DNA from: Candidatus Methylomirabilota bacterium
Lineage (GTDB): Bacteria; Methylomirabilota; Methylomirabilia; Rokubacteriales; CSP1-6
Direction of reading: 5' to 3'
Length of the DNA: 23,220 bases
Assembly (NCBI GenBank): GCA_046726415.1
Contig: JBKPAK010000305.1
Span: 1-23,220 of the forward strand
The first letter of the stretch is position 1. Each line of letters starts with the position of its first letter. This document shows, in pieces, positions 22,313 through 23,220 of the stretch. The position numbers and the translations under genes are program-made. The notes below the pieces were generated by a model. The model was not told the DNA's origin. It worked only from the letters and a program-made list of their open reading frames with translations, and searched no databases.

Positions 22313-22333
22313 TGGTGGCCCCAAGGGGATACG
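22313..22333 (-). mobile_element. Degenerate tRNA 3'-end-like sequence, candidate att-site remnant
   Basis: Reverse complement CGTATCCCCTTGGGGCCACCA resembles a T-arm/acceptor/CCA end (pattern CGAATCCCCT-GGGG-C-CCA, tRNA-Glu-like). No rest of a tRNA is present. Confidence 0.4.
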
Positions 22334-22441
22334 TCACCTTTTGCAACGGTCCTAGTCCGGGGCGTCGTGTACCGGAAGGCCGCGTAGACGCTCGTAGTTG
22401 CCACACCCCGGCGGTGCCGGCCGCGCGGGGTGTCTTCGTGT

Positions 22442-22842
22442 CTACTCCACGCGAACCGGCTTCGCCGACGCGGGGAGCATTACGATGAACTCCTCCTCTC
22501 CCTTCCGGTTGGTGTAGGCGAGCACGTCGCGCTCGCAGATCGTGACCTCGTACACCCCTGGCTCGGCACGCCATCGCGTGCGGTCATGCGCGAATGAGCG
22601 TGTCACCTCGAGCGATCGCGTCCATGACAGTCCTCGAATATGGCGCTCAGGCTCAACGCCGGCAACTCCGCGATACAGGGTGAAGGGCCAGGGTGCGGGA
22701 GCGATCGGATGCCGCACGCAGGCGGTCACGATCGGCGCACTCAAAGAGCCTTCGGAGGTTCCGCAAACTCCATTCTGCGTGGTCGATCTTGACAAACACT
22801 CCGAGGAGTGCGCGTTCATACAGTGTCCCGCCTCGACGAGGG
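22442..22842 (-). pseudogene. Truncated, frameshifted hypothetical protein with ADP-ribosyltransferase-like R-S-E pattern
   Basis: C-part PFTLYRGVAG...GLSWTRS...EEEFIV (ORF 22442-22819). A more protein-like N-part, LYERALLGVFVKIDHAEWSLRNLRRLFECADRDRLRAASD, lies in another frame with no start codon. Confidence 0.5.
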
Positions 22843-22886
22843 AGGACGTGGGAGCGGACTGAGAGCGTGGGGAAGGAAAAGGCGGC

Positions 22887-23220
22887 TTATTGCGCGAGCT
22901 TGATGTCGACGCCTCCGGCCGGGATGGCGAACCTGACGCCCTGCGCCGTAGCTGTCAGCACTAACTCAACGCCGTTTTGGTTACGCATCGCTGCCGCACC
23001 GGCCCCGCCGCCCACTACGGCCCCGGCGGCCGCTGCCACGTAGTTGCCCGAGAAGTCTTCGAGCTTGTTGAGCTTGGACACTTCCCCGTTCGCCGTCACC
23101 TTGGAGACGCCAAGATCGAGCAGGTTTAGCCCTTTGATGGAGAATTTGTACGCCCTGCCGCGGTACTCGAGAGTCCCGTCACCCCAGCTGACGCCAACGC
23201 CCAGCGCGATGGACGTGCTC
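22887..23220 (-). CDS. DUF1134/EipA-like beta-rich protein, 5' end outside the window
   Basis: Frame open to the window edge: STSIALGVGVSWGDGTLEYRGRAYKFSIKGLNLLDLGVSKVTANGEV...FSGNYVAAAAGAVVGGGAG...NQNGVELVL. Confidence 0.7.
   Translation of the reverse strand, partial: STSIALGVGVSWGDGTLEYRGRAYKFSIKGLNLLDLGVSKVTANGEVSKLNKLEDFSGNYVAAAAGAVVGGGAGAAAMRNQNGVELVLTATAQGVRFAIPAGGVDIKLAQ

Overview
GC-rich bacterial window in three parts. (1) 1-9802 is an intact, tightly packed + strand envelope/efflux cluster: the tail of an RND permease, an OprM/NodT-type outer-membrane factor, a small GYGD K+-channel protein, an unassigned 476-aa protein, a 74-aa small ORF, a TolC/MdtP-YtcA-MdtN-MdtO(FUSC) efflux module and DUF1269. 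(2) 9828-16913 holds a 5'-damaged nitroreductase and a glycogen-catabolic block, glgP-pgm-glgX, with a frameshift in glgX. (3) 17290-22850 is a decaying accessory zone: an internally deleted quinol-dependent NO reductase, an intact MarR regulator, a deletion chimera of molybdopterin-oxidoreductase and alcohol-dehydrogenase fragments, a near-intact amidohydrolase, a tRNA-3'-end-like att remnant and a broken ADP-ribosyltransferase-like gene. A partial DUF1134-like gene closes the window. No rRNA, intact tRNA, CRISPR array or transposase was seen. The best candidate for an undescribed system is the 476-aa protein plus 74-aa ORF pair between the two efflux systems, but that is inference only. All family calls come from motif recognition, not database searches.
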